64,000 nt of DNA from Catajapyx aquilonaris (lineage: Eukaryota): assembly GCA_000934665.2 (NCBI GenBank), contig KZ538124.1:1-64000 (forward strand), in the 5' to 3' direction. The notes beneath the pieces are model-generated. The model searched no databases. It was given only the letters and a program-made list of their open reading frames with translations, and was not told where the DNA came from. A program made the translations under genes and the position numbers. Below, piece by piece: positions 14,026-25,479 of the stretch. The stretch's first letter is position 1, and the number at the start of each line of letters is the position of its first letter.

Positions 14026-15414
14026 TCAGTCGAGTTTCTTGGTCCTATCGAGAGCAACAGAGCTGGGAATCTCCTTCATGCACTGCAGGAAGAATCCCCA
14101 GATGGCATTGAGCTGGGTAGTCACCCTGTAGTCGACTCCAAACTCCTTGCAGGTCTGCTCCAAGGCCGGATAAAGGTAGGGCAACTTGGAGTGGTCAACG
14201 GTTGGAAACATGTGGTGAAGGGCATGGTCTCCGAACATGGTCGAGGTGAGGAACAGGTTCCCCGTGACCTCAACCCGATCCTGCACGGCATCCAGCTGAC
14301 ACAAGCCCCAATCGGTGTCCTTGCGAGCAGCATCCCCATCGTGGAAGTTGTCCGGATGGTGATGACCCACAGTCAGGCCAACCCACATGAACCAGTAGCT
14401 TCCAATCAACTGGAACATGGTGAAGAACCAGATTCCAGACCATACACTAGGAGCAGCCAGGACACATCCGAGAAGCTCCATAGCCGGAAGGAAGTTGAAC
14501 CACCGGATCTCCTGATCTCCCTTTCTGACGCTCATAACTCGCTTCAGAAGCTCAAATGGCAACACGGCCAGATGAACCAAGTGGCTATGTGCGAATGTTG
14601 CGAGATGCCACAAGCCCTTCTTGGTCGGAAGGAAGTTGTACACCGGATCAAGACAAGCCACCTCCCAATCCAAGATCGTGTTTGGATACACGTGGTGGCT
14701 TATTACGTGGCTGATGCGCCACTCGGCAAACGACATCAGGCTCAGGTCGAACACGTACATCCTCCAGCTGTCCTTCTGGTGCAGGAAGTTATGGGAGCAG
14801 ATCATGATCATACCAAGCATGATCCCGGCCGCGGCCACAAGCAGGTACGACTTGAGAGCGGCTGACGCCAGAAGAGACGCGATCATTCCAACCAGCAACG
14901 CGTCCTGAATCAACGTCATCTTGGTGGACGGACCGCGTCCGACCTCCTTCAGTATGGGTTCAGCACGTGTCTTCAGCGTCTTGTAAAATCCCTCTGGCTT
15001 GAAAGTGTACGGTGAGTTTCTAGGAGTGTTGATGTCCCTGATGTAGTAGTTCTCCAGGAACTTCTCTGCTGTTCCTCCGAAGTGAGATGTCTCGAACAGC
15101 TCTGTGATGTCCGTGCCTTTGGTCAGCTTGAGCCAGTCTGATCCTCCAGGATGAATGTGCAGGAAGTCGGTCAGGTCGTACAGCTTGTCGTGCACGCGCC
15201 ACAGACCAGACACCTCGTCGTCGTCTCGCTTGCTCTTCAGCCAGTTCACTCCCGTCTTGTTGTAGATGGACAGGTTGCGGAACTCGGGGTACTTCTGGAA
15301 ACCTGGCATGCTTGACGGCGGGTTCTTGACGGCCTCGGATCCGTCCTTCTGGTCCGTTGAAGGGACACTGTCCCCTTGCTGGATGCGGGTCTCCAGTTGC
15401 GTGTTGGGCGCCAT
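14026..15414 (-). CDS. Cyt-b5-r: Cytochrome b5-related protein (b5 domain + fatty acid desaturase-superfamily domain), paralog A, 462 aa, intronless CDS
   Basis: b5 domain LWRVHDKLYDLTDFLHIHPGG...GTDITELFETSH. His boxes SHNFLH, HVISHH and DHALHHMFP, plus GHHHPDNFHDGD and several hydrophobic segments. ATG at 15414 in gccATGg context (the ORF track starts at a TTG at 15420). Clearly more GC-rich than the flanks. C-terminus KKLD. Confidence 0.93.
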   Translation of the reverse strand: MAPNTQLETRIQQGDSVPSTDQKDGSEAVKNPPSSMPGFQKYPEFRNLSIYNKTGVNWLKSKRDDDEVSGLWRVHDKLYDLTDFLHIHPGGSDWLKLTKGTDITELFETSHFGGTAEKFLENYYIRDINTPRNSPYTFKPEGFYKTLKTRAEPILKEVGRGPSTKMTLIQDALLVGMIASLLASAALKSYLLVAAAGIMLGMIMICSHNFLHQKDSWRMYVFDLSLMSFAEWRISHVISHHVYPNTILDWEVACLDPVYNFLPTKKGLWHLATFAHSHLVHLAVLPFELLKRVMSVRKGDQEIRWFNFLPAMELLGCVLAAPSVWSGIWFFTMFQLIGSYWFMWVGLTVGHHHPDNFHDGDAARKDTDWGLCQLDAVQDRVEVTGNLFLTSTMFGDHALHHMFPTVDHSKLPYLYPALEQTCKEFGVDYRVTTQLNAIWGFFLQCMKEIPSSVALDRTKKLD

Positions 15415-15451
15415 GGCCAACTGGCGAGCTTACACTCGGACTCTACACAAT

Positions 15452-15480
15452 CTACCAAGACATAGAGCGAAACATAATCA
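15452..15480 (-). promoter_or_regulatory. Putative 3' splice site of the 5'UTR intron of paralog A
   Basis: Minus strand tgattatgtttcgctctatgtcttggtag|attgtg, 37 nt upstream of the ATG. Confidence 0.55.
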
Positions 15481-15542
15481 CTACAGTTCTACTAAGTGCA
15501 ATTTTGTACACATGGTGTTCCAATTAATTACCTTGTTACCAA

Positions 15543-15723
15543 CAATGAGTGGAATTTTCGTCCCAGCACTGGTAGTTACTGCTAGCTTAGCAGTTCCATA
15601 GCTTGCAAAGCCACAATAATGTTCGTTGGCCTGCGCCGCAACGAACGTTATTGTGGCTTTGCAAACACTGGTACTGCTAAGTTAGCAGTAACTATACTAG
15701 TGGGAAGAAAATTCCACTCAATG
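15543..15723. mobile_element. Foldback/MITE-like element, about 180-bp imperfect palindrome
   Basis: Left arm tgagtggaattttcgtccca...ttgcaaagccacaataatgttcgttg pairs with right arm caacgaacgttattgtggctttgcaa...tgggaagaaaattccactca around a 10-nt loop. A related copy lies at 19683-19779. Confidence 0.75.
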
Positions 15724-16734
15724 ACGCTATTTTTGTGCCTCATTGAAATGCTAACATCTTACACTACAGCGCAAAAAAAGTACAAAATGTCTCATGTAAA
15801 AATTAGTGTAAGCCTGGGAAAAAGATGAGCATCTCAGACTGCAGGTAGCCTACTTGTAGCTTCACATGATGAAAAAAGAGATGCAGTGTCTCAGTTTTGA
15901 AGGTCGGGGATGGTGTCCGAAATGCACACAACGATCATTCGAGAACAAGTGATAATACATTTTAATTACTGGCTTGTTCTCCCTGGCTTGTTTACATTAA
16001 ATTGTGAGAGAAATTTTTAGAGAGTATATTTTTTGCTGGGGGGTGTCAAAAATGTTCAACATGTACAGTGAGGCTAATTTTAAAATTATGAATCACTTCT
16101 CCGTACAAGGTGTGCTATAGATAACAAGTTGTTTTTGCGGACTTGTGCATCATGCATTATGACAGCACCATAAAATGCAGTTTCCTGGTTTACTATTGGA
16201 ACCTTCTGCTATTGTTTATAGCAAACCAGATCCTGAGGCTATACTACAAGTACATTATACGGTACTAATTCCAATAATAATTGTTTTATCGTGCTTACAA
16301 GATAGTGACGCTTGACAAAAAGAAATGTGCTTCCGCGAACGTGTACTCTTTTTTACCAAAATTAATTACATGTATAATATCTATAGAATTATACAATATT
16401 ACTATCATTTTTGAGTTCGTATGATCTAATGACTCGAAGTAATTTTCTCATTTTTTTACCAAACAATTGCTCCTTTGGCATTGAACTTTTGACATATTCG
16501 GCATTTAGCTCTTGCATGTTACAGCCAGAAACTTGCTTTTCATACTGCTCCTACAAATACACTACCTTATTAGGTATTTCGAGAAGTGACGCTACCTTGA
16601 TATTTTCATTATTACGTCCAGGCGCTAGGAGTTTGACATATTTACGGGATAATATTTTACATCCCCAAACAGCTTTGTTTTGAAGGACTACATAACGTAC
16701 CTATATCTATATTAGTTTTGAAGACGTTTGTTTG

Positions 16735-16758
16735 TCTATCTATCTATCTATCTATCTA
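16735..16758. repeat. (TCTA)6 microsatellite
   Basis: Tetranucleotide run with a short interrupted continuation. Confidence 0.9.
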
Positions 16759-18116
16759 CAGTATCTATCTATAATCCTTACAGGGCAGGTCAAAGTTGCT
16801 GCCTGATTTCTGGAGTAATAGTAGCAAGTGTACGTACAATTTAACTTCGGTCCAAGGTGATGGGCTGAATGATCGCGTGAACGTACTTGCTACATAGTTG
16901 CACGCAAATGTATCAGCTGCACTTATGAGATAATTATCACTCAGATTTGGTAGAGACACACCCAGTGTAATGATCGTTTTTAATAATTATCTTTGTGTAA
17001 CGGGGAAGGTGATATTGATTCGTCAAAAATACTTTTCCTGATTATTTTTTTTGCCACTTTGTTCTCTTTACCTCACGAGGGTACCTTGGTAATTCGGAAA
17101 AGTTTCCATTAATGCAATTTGATATTGTTGATCTATCACTTACTTGTTACTATGAATACGTCACATTCTAATTAAAGTTGACCTTACATTCTTGTTAAAA
17201 ATTTCCCACGAAACCAGTATACAGTATTTATGTTACGTAAATACGGGTAACTGAGGTGTAGTGACGATATAATGCGCATTATTTTTATCACATTGTGGTG
17301 CCAGTTCTAGGCAAAAAATTAGGTCATGTGTCAGACATGGCATGCTATAATGGTGTTAAAGTAAATTATTGTACGGTACTGCAGTAAACGTTAACACCTG
17401 AAACACTGTCGGTCAGTACATAATAAACAGTCCTGGTATTTCAATGGCAATTTCAGCGGAAACAAAACAGTACCTATCTATTTAAAGTTTTGGTTTACTG
17501 TATAAGATAATCTTATTTTTATTGATTGAAAGATTTTCAAGTATTCAATTCAAAATCCAGAGGGTTAAAATAATAATTCATTGAAATTGAAATTATTCGA
17601 ATCAGTGTGTACAAATTGTTAGCCTATCAATTTAATTATTCAAATATTCAATAATAAAAAGGTTAGAAGTTAGAACTGGTACAAATATGATCAAATGCAA
17701 GAGACGTTATTACTCTTGTAGAATACAAACTGATATTCTATATACTGTATAAAGCATCTATCATACCATAATGAATATAAAAGTACACTGAGAGCTACTG
17801 AGAAACAATTGTAGTGGTGTCATTAAGTAGGAAGGAGTAGAACAACAACATTCCTTACAATATGCAAAATGTTGATCATAATTTAATTACTACGAATAAA
17901 AACGAGCAAAAATTCACTCACCGCACTTCATAAATATACCTTGGTTACATTCAGCAATTACACTCTCAACAAATCCGGCAATAAGATTCAGGATTCGTGG
18001 AAAAATAAAATTTGATAAAAATTTCAGAACACCATGTGTGGACTAATCACGATTCAATATTATAAAACTATCTCAAAAATAATGCTTGTACTCTACCGGT
18101 ACTACACGATCCTTAC

Positions 18117-18213
18117 TTGACTTCACTTGTGAGTCTCAGAAGAAGATCCAGGCACTTGTGGTAAAACCGTGATTAGAATAACTTTAGTACATGGTCGAGT
18201 GGGCATATTTATG
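18117..18213 (-). promoter_or_regulatory. Candidate core promoter and non-coding first exon of paralog A (alternative donor at 17921/17922)
   Basis: Minus strand: TATA-like CATAAATA (18213-18206), Inr-like TTATTC about 32 nt downstream, then donor caa|gtaagg at 18117/18116. A second strong donor gcg|gtgagt lies at 17922/17921. Confidence 0.35.
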
Positions 18214-19629
18214 CCCTCTTAAACTACTCCAGGATTGGTGCGCGTCACTCAGCGTAATTTTTTTGGGGTGGGAAGGTAAAGCAATGCTTTCGTGACCTTC
18301 AAATACGCTACTCCTTTTACCGCACTTGTCTAATGTATTGTTTTGCACAAGAGCGACATTAAGTCTTCCAGCTGACTCACTATTCGTTGAGCAATTTAAT
18401 AATAAATGAGCACCATCATTTTATTACCTAATCTTATTTAGTAAGAAAGAAGACCAACTTGATTTTTTTATGTTGCACTAAAATACACTGGATGTACTGT
18501 ACATCAGGGTTTATAAATTATTAAGGATGTAAATGTGCCGTAGTTCAGCACATGACGTTGTACATTAAGAATCAATAAAATAATTATTTATGTATGTATA
18601 CATTTTAAAGAATTTTAAAGGCTACGAATTTAGTTACGAAAAAGTGATTAACACGTCATTATTTATCAGTGAAAGGAAGACACCGTCGCGTCATGAGTGT
18701 AGCATCTAGTTAAACTGGTTGATATATTGAAAAATCCGTACCTTGATCTGACTTCCTCTTGATTTGGACTGAGAATATTTTCGAGCAATCCACTTTTTAC
18801 ACCGCGAGGTAAGGGCAGAAAACATCTAATTAATGGTCCTTGAATGTGTTGTACTTGATACAACCACACCACAGCACGCTATGCTATACAGCCCTACAGT
18901 GTACCGTTTTAAATTTGTGTTTGGGATCAAGGTTTTGAATTTTTAATTGTAATAGTGACTTTTATCGTACGTTCAGTACTGTAGTTAATGTAGTTGAAAT
19001 AAAATCGTACGCCGCTTCCATTATTGTGTATATTCTAAAAGTAAACTAATTGTGAGCAGTAATTATAAGTATCATGTAAAAAGAACATATGCGCTTTCAA
19101 GTGGAGCATGTGCACATGCTGATTATATGTTGTAAAGTCACGTGAAGGCTGTTTTTCCTTTCAAAACCTCTCACAGAACTGCACAGAACAAGCAGAAATT
19201 TCCATCCACTTGAGCTTGCATTTCCGCGAATTGCTCAACTCCTTTTCCTAAATATAAAGCTGGAGCAAAAAATTCAACTCGCATGTCAGTAACACGTGAA
19301 GCGATGACAATACAACAATGTGTCAACAAAATTGAACAATTAACAATATCAGTTTTATTTCAAATGGGGAAAAAACATCACATTGTACTTCTTTCTTGGC
19401 CAATGCCCCTTAGCTGATTGAGAAATTCGATTCAAGTTCATGAGAAATTTTCACGCGCGGTTTCTTTGTCGAGTGGGAATCACCGTTTGTATGCAAATAG
19501 TAGAAAGATTTACGTCAAGGTGAAGGGAACGTGCATTTGTTACACGTCCACTTACACCAAATCCAATAATATTGCTTTGTAGATGTTTAATGAACTGCTT
19601 CATGAAACTCAACGGGTAATACTCATTAA

Positions 19630-19653
19630 ATATATATATATATATATATATAT
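19630..19653. repeat. (AT)12 microsatellite
   Basis: Dinucleotide run. Confidence 0.9.
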
Positions 19654-19682
19654 TTAAATTTCTATGTCTCTTGGAAATGGCC

Positions 19683-19779
19683 GGGTGGAATTTTCGTCCC
19701 ACTGCTTAGTTACTGCTTAGAAGAACCAGTGTAGTGCATTGGTACTGATAGGTTAGCAGCAACTGACGAAATTGCACCC
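19683..19779. mobile_element. Internally deleted, degenerate copy of the 15543-15723 foldback element
   Basis: Shares gtggaattttcgtccca, tagttactgct and tggtactg..a.gttagcag with the longer copy. Ends gggtggaattttcgtc / gacgaaattgcaccc are inverted. Confidence 0.65.
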
Positions 19780-22673
19780 TATAATGTTATTGCCGATCTT
19801 ATTTTTTCAGTGCTATATATTTACAGTGCACTTTGCACATCCTGAAGGATTAATGACCGCACCTTCATTTAGAGTAAGGCGATAATGATCGATGCAAAAG
19901 TGTGAACCTAATAATAACATGTATCGTAAGTGTGGCTCGAAAGTGATGCAGCAAAAGTGTCCTATGCGTCATTTTCACCTGTGAAACTTCTGGTTGCACA
20001 AGACCATGGCACACAAAGCACATTACGACATTCAGATTAATCAAATCATTTTGGTGCTTCACGACTGCAAAAAATGTCTAAGAAAATAACATCACTATAA
20101 CCTCGTACTTTATACACATGGACTGTGTCCAGTTCCTTGACTTTTAAGCTCGAGTCAACTCAGGATGACCACGCAATCGCGGACAGTAAATGGCGTACCT
20201 CTGAATACAGTGACTCTCGGCATACCTTCCGAAGGTACAATGAACGTGCAAAAATTTTAAAGAAAGTCACGGCCATTATGTCACGACTTTTTTTAAATTC
20301 ACAATGACACTCCACCACCGGCTGATTAAATGGCAGCTCTTCCACATTCGGGTCAATGTCTCACATCACTTCTGTAAGTCCAATTTAAAAACGGAATCAC
20401 TCGAGTTATTAAACTGTCAAAGAATCGATTTTTTTGCCACTCTGACATGACGTATGTAATAGCTCTAAATCGGGTGTATCACCAAAGAATTTGGACGCCT
20501 AATAAAGACTATGTATACAGCCCATTAATCCGCCAAATCGTATATCACAATAGGCTATACTTGTAAAGTTCTGTAACTTTCTTACTGAAATGCTGTAGGG
20601 GGATGTCCTGCTGTAACGACGTCACTTCCTCCAAGAAGCCATCCTCCGTGGAACTGCGTGACTTACCTAAAAATAGAACATTGATTAGGATTTAAAATAG
20701 TCTCGCATCAGATATAGTGTCGAAATCTAATAAATTATGCAACAGTGCTGTGTAAGATATGCATTATGCAAGGTGTCCCCAGAGTCCAGATCTGTGTTGC
20801 TGGATCATGTCTGACTGAGCGGACAACATGAGAATATTTTATGCAGGTGCTTACCTTTGAGACTATGTATAGTCCTTTCATTTATTTGAATCAAGAACCA
20901 TAGAGTAGATTAAAATAAAATGTAAATGTAGTCTATGAATTAAGGCAATGCAGCACGTGCTACTAAAATTTATTGGTAGCAAAATGTAGCTGAATATGGC
21001 ATAATATTTACTCTGGTACTATGAGAATTTATAGCCAACCGCTTGCTTTTGTTGGACCAGAGAGAGGTGACCTCGAACTCTGACCCCTATTCCAGGAATG
21101 TCGCCCTTCGCCTCAAAGTATGTCAGTCATAATATGACCCTCATTTTCTCTATTTCCAATCGATGTGGTTTCCAAACACAGGCCTACCTGTCGACTTGTT
21201 TTCCACATGCTTCACACATGGAAAGGTAGGCATAACGGCAATATTTTCTTAATATAATAATTATAGTCGAATGTTATTTTTATTGTCCTACTAAACATGT
21301 AGCAGTAAAATGCGAACTTCATTTCATTATTGTACGTTATGTGACTGGTTACTAGCATGTGTGACGTGAACTAGTTTTTGTACGCTATACTTCGTTATGA
21401 GAGAAGGTCATCATGCCACGCACATTTCAGAATTCGTACAAGGTCATACGATATGAACCGATGGAATAATTATGTTCGTTGATAACAAATTACACTAATT
21501 ACGTATAAAATCGATTAAAATCTTAGATTTGTACTGCGAACAAAGTTTTCTGGAGGTGAAATCCCAAAAAATCTGGACTGATCTGGACTATCTCTTAGGC
21601 ACATAATAAGTTATTTCCACATTGTGAAACAAAATTTGGTTGACGACTCTTGATGAGCATGAGGTTTGCTTCTATAATTACCTTTCTGCGTTGTGTAACT
21701 ATTGTAATTATTATTAGAATAATTAATGGTGACGAGAAATTTCACGTTGCACTGGCACTTTTGAAAACAAGCAATCATCATCAGAATGACGGACACTCAT
21801 GCTAGGGAATAACTTCATCATGTCGGACTGTCACAGGGTAGCTGTGGATGGCATATGATCAAACAGTTTTTTGACATTGTCTGAACTGTTCAGAATGACT
21901 GGTCTTCATGCATGAATGTCAGCCTCTCCGAATTTTGCGCAGATATCCGAGCATTTAAAAATCATAGTCACCAGTCATAAACTGTGTAATTAATTCGCAA
22001 TTACTTGCACAGTATAATTATGTACAATATAACACTCGACACTGACAAAATATTAAATATTTTGTTGAATAAATGGAAACTAGAACGTCGAAATTCAAAC
22101 AAAATGCAAAATAATGATCTACAATGTGCTCCAAGTCTTTGATGTCCACTCAACAGTGCAAGATTGAATCTTGGACCATGTCAGTCATACTGCGTAACAA
22201 AATCACTGTTACCCTTACTTCAGACATGTTGCCTACATACAAAGAAAAGTCAAATATTATGGATTCGACATGGATTGACGCATTTGCCACGTCCTACATT
22301 TTCCATCAAGAATCCTGTAGCATGTGTTATGCATAGCATGTAGCATCCTGTCATGAGATAATAAGAAGGAAGAGTCCTCCTTCATGTTTATTGATATTAC
22401 GTATACATCTATTCAGGTATTAAACACTGAATGCTGCATTAGCCTACAGTCGTAAAATTACGACTAATAACTATACGAATAATAACAACAATAATATTAT
22501 ACTCTGTGGCAGGCCTCTTAGGGAATATCAATAATTATTCTATAATCAAGCCAGTTATGTCACCACTAAAACAGCTCAGGTAATTTAATGTACCCAGTAG
22601 GTGAAGCAGATGGCACAAAAAGTGATGAAATGGCATGGAGCTAAGCAGGTAACCATACCTGTGATTTTTACCC

Positions 22674-22697
22674 ATATATATATATATATATATATAT
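22674..22697. repeat. (AT)12 microsatellite
   Basis: Dinucleotide run. Confidence 0.9.
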
Positions 22698-22916
22698 GAT
22701 GAGTATTGTATGGGTCTCGGTATGAAATAATTCTGACAGTATTGGACCTCAAACAAATAGTTCATTTTTGTAAAAATATTGGTCCGGATTCTCGTCACAC
22801 TTTTTAGTTTTTACGTTAGCAGTTGCTTCACAATAATGAATCAACAACGGATTTATGTAGCCTAATTACTTTCTGGTTTCTGAAAAGATCAAAACAGGGC
22901 TGCCACATTTAATTCC

Positions 22917-22922
22917 TTTATT
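22917..22922 (-). terminator. Candidate poly(A) signal of paralog B
   Basis: AATAAA on the minus strand about 130 nt downstream of the stop codon. Confidence 0.45.
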
Positions 22923-23049
22923 AGCAATTATTCTCTCACTACTTACAAAGCCGTCTTTTTGCATGATTACAATGGAACTCAGGGTGTTAGCATTGCACCG
23001 TCCATGACAAAGCATACATTGCATGACTCGTCAGGAATTGGACTGCACT

Positions 23050-24357
23050 TCAGAGAAATTTTGAGTTGGTATACTTCCTCTTGTCAGCAGGCACCATATT
23101 GCAGGCAGTCCTCAACAGTTGTCTAAACAACCCCTTAAACATTTCCTGCAGCGTCCTCCTGTGCACCTCAACCCCAAACTGTCGGCAAGTGTCCTCAAAC
23201 ACAGTCTTCAGGTGGTGCAGCTTGGAGTGGTCCACCGTCGGAAACATGTGGTGCAAAGCATGCTGTCCGAAGAGAGCGGCCGTCAAAATAATGTTCCGAT
23301 CGATCTGAGGCCGATCCGCAACGGCGTCCAATTGACACAGGCCCCAGTCCCTGTCTTTACGAGGGGAGTCTCCGTCATGAAAACTCTCAGGATGATGATG
23401 AGCCCCTGTCAGTCCAAACAAGAGGAACCAGTAACTGCAGCTGACATGTAGAGTCGTCCACAGTAAAACTCCGGTCCAGTTATCCGAGAACCGAGCCATC
23501 AACCCAAGCTCGACCAGCCAGAAGAAATCGCACCAGTTCAACCGCTGGAATCCGATCACTTTCTTTCCAAACTCAAGGGGCAGCCCGATCAGATTCTGCA
23601 GGTGAAAGTAAACCAACACTGTGCACTTGTACACCACCGTCTTGGGCTTCGGTAGTATTTGGTACAGCGGATCGCCAGCCATCACTTCCCAGTCTAGCAC
23701 CGTGTTGGTATACACGTGATGGCTCAAGACGTGCGAAATCCTCCAATCCATGTACGATATGAACGATAAGTTAAATATGTACATCCGCCAGTTGTTTCTT
23801 TGGTGGAAAAAGTTGTGCGAGCAGATCATGGTCCAGCTGAGGACGAACCCGGCTGCTGCGGCCATAACGTACGACCTGGAGATGACCGATATTATAGACG
23901 TGACTAGAAAGACTAGCAGTAAACCGTCCTGAACCAGCAGCATTTGACTAGTAGGTCCGGTTCCGACCCGCTTCAGTATGGGTACGGCTTTCTTTTTAAA
24001 AGTCCGATAAAAACCATTGTCATCAAAAGTGTACGGAGAGTACCGAGCAACTGAAGCGTCTTTCACGTGATACTCCTGAAGGATAGCTTCTGGAGAGTTG
24101 GTCAGATGAGAAATCTCGAACAGCTCGGTTATGTCGGTTCCTCGCGTTAAGACGATCCAGTCGGATCCTCCGGGATGACGCGCGACAAAAGGTGAGAGGT
24201 CGTACAATTTGTCCTTGACGCGCCAGAGTCCTGAGGTGTCGTCATCGTGACGCTTGGCGGACAACCACCTAGTGGCTGTCTTCTGGTGCAGGTTCATGGT
24301 CAGAAATGTTGGTCTTCTGGTGTATTGCAGCATACTTGACGACCTTGTAGATACCAT
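23050..24357 (-). CDS. Cyt-b5-r: Cytochrome b5-related protein, paralog B, 435 aa, intronless CDS
   Basis: LWRVKDKLYDLSPFVARHPGG...GTDITELFEISH. Boxes SHNFFH, HVLSHH, AHHHPESFHDGD, QHALHHMFP. Colinear with paralog A. First ATG at 24357 (the ORF track starts at a GTG at 24363). The frame stays open to the acceptor at 24377/24378, so a short N-terminal extension from an upstream exon cannot be excluded. Confidence 0.92.
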   Translation of the reverse strand: MVSTRSSSMLQYTRRPTFLTMNLHQKTATRWLSAKRHDDDTSGLWRVKDKLYDLSPFVARHPGGSDWIVLTRGTDITELFEISHLTNSPEAILQEYHVKDASVARYSPYTFDDNGFYRTFKKKAVPILKRVGTGPTSQMLLVQDGLLLVFLVTSIISVISRSYVMAAAAGFVLSWTMICSHNFFHQRNNWRMYIFNLSFISYMDWRISHVLSHHVYTNTVLDWEVMAGDPLYQILPKPKTVVYKCTVLVYFHLQNLIGLPLEFGKKVIGFQRLNWCDFFWLVELGLMARFSDNWTGVLLWTTLHVSCSYWFLLFGLTGAHHHPESFHDGDSPRKDRDWGLCQLDAVADRPQIDRNIILTAALFGQHALHHMFPTVDHSKLHHLKTVFEDTCRQFGVEVHRRTLQEMFKGLFRQLLRTACNMVPADKRKYTNSKFL

Positions 24358-24377
24358 ATTCACAACGTTTTTGTAGC

Positions 24378-24400
24378 CTGTAATAGAACGAAAAAGGAAT
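24378..24400 (-). promoter_or_regulatory. 3' splice site of the 5'UTR intron of paralog B
   Basis: Minus strand attcctttttcgttctattacag|gctac, with a strong pyrimidine tract, 20 nt upstream of the ATG. Confidence 0.7.
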
Positions 24401-25479
24401 CAGCACCTTTTCGCAATGTCACCTTTTTGTTTTTTTTGTGCGCGTCATGTGGGCTGTATAAGTATAAAAATAAACTAGCCATCTTCTGATAAACTCGGAA
24501 TATAGAGAAACCCAATTGTTACGAAACTTTTGTTTGGTTCCACTTGGGATTTCCAGGCTATTTTTAGTCGCCTATAACGGAAGCATGTTCATTGAATATA
24601 AAGAGAGACCGATAGACTCCTTAATAAACAAGTTTTACTAAATACGAAATCAACTACGTGCATAATTTGTGTAAGTTCTCATTCAAAACGTACCACTTTC
24701 CCATTACTGTTAAGTTCATATTTCCTGAATTTTCTTACATTATAGTCAGATTGAAACTAAATAGTAATAGTGCAATACTGCTACAACAAAAATGTTACAT
24801 CATTACAGCTATGTAATGTATGTAGATTGTAATCTACATGATTATGCAGCATATTATTCAAATATTACTATTTTACTATGTTCAAGACCCAATGTGCAGC
24901 ATATAATTGCCATTTGTAACTTAATGATTAGATACATAATGTTGAATTCCCTGGAGTATGTGTCCCCCTAAGAGATCAAAGGTCACGTAATAAATAAATA
25001 AATACGCACTTCTATTTATCTGAAATCAGAAATGACTCATTAACAAGTAGCGTTACTTATAGGAAAGTGCTAGACTATCCTGATATAAACTTACATTAAC
25101 CCTCCTCCTGGGATTGTGACTAACTAACTGCAGACTTCTACAGTGTTGAAGAAGAAGAAAAAAGTAAGCAGCAAATTTTGCAAACTTGCAGAAAGCAAGA
25201 GAGTGTTATCATTCATTGGAAACAATACTGTAATTACCCAGGACTTTGTGTATTTTTTTTTCTAAGAAAAGGCAACAACGAAACATCCCGTCGTCTCCGA
25301 AGGAAAACTTATTTAATAACTGAGAGTAATGAATGGAAAGGATGGAGGTGGGTCTCTCCCCAAAGTTTAGGGTGACAGTGCAAGCGAAACTTGGGTCTGC
25401 CAAAACTCCTTCGCATCAGTTAACAATATTAGCCTTGTTCAGCAGCTCTGATGCTGCTCTAATGCTCTCTCTTCCCTCA

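Noticed and set aside
14011..14865. 284-aa plus-strand ORF, and similar antisense ORFs at 23119-23451 and 32599-33951
   Set aside because: These lie opposite the Cyt-b5-r CDSs and resemble each other only because the sense genes are paralogous. They are a shadow of biased codon usage.
19860..22400. Possible decayed Cyt-b5-r pseudogene between B and A
   Set aside because: The fragments I translated on the minus strand show none of the family motifs (LWR, HPGG, GTDIT, HNF.H, FPTVDH).
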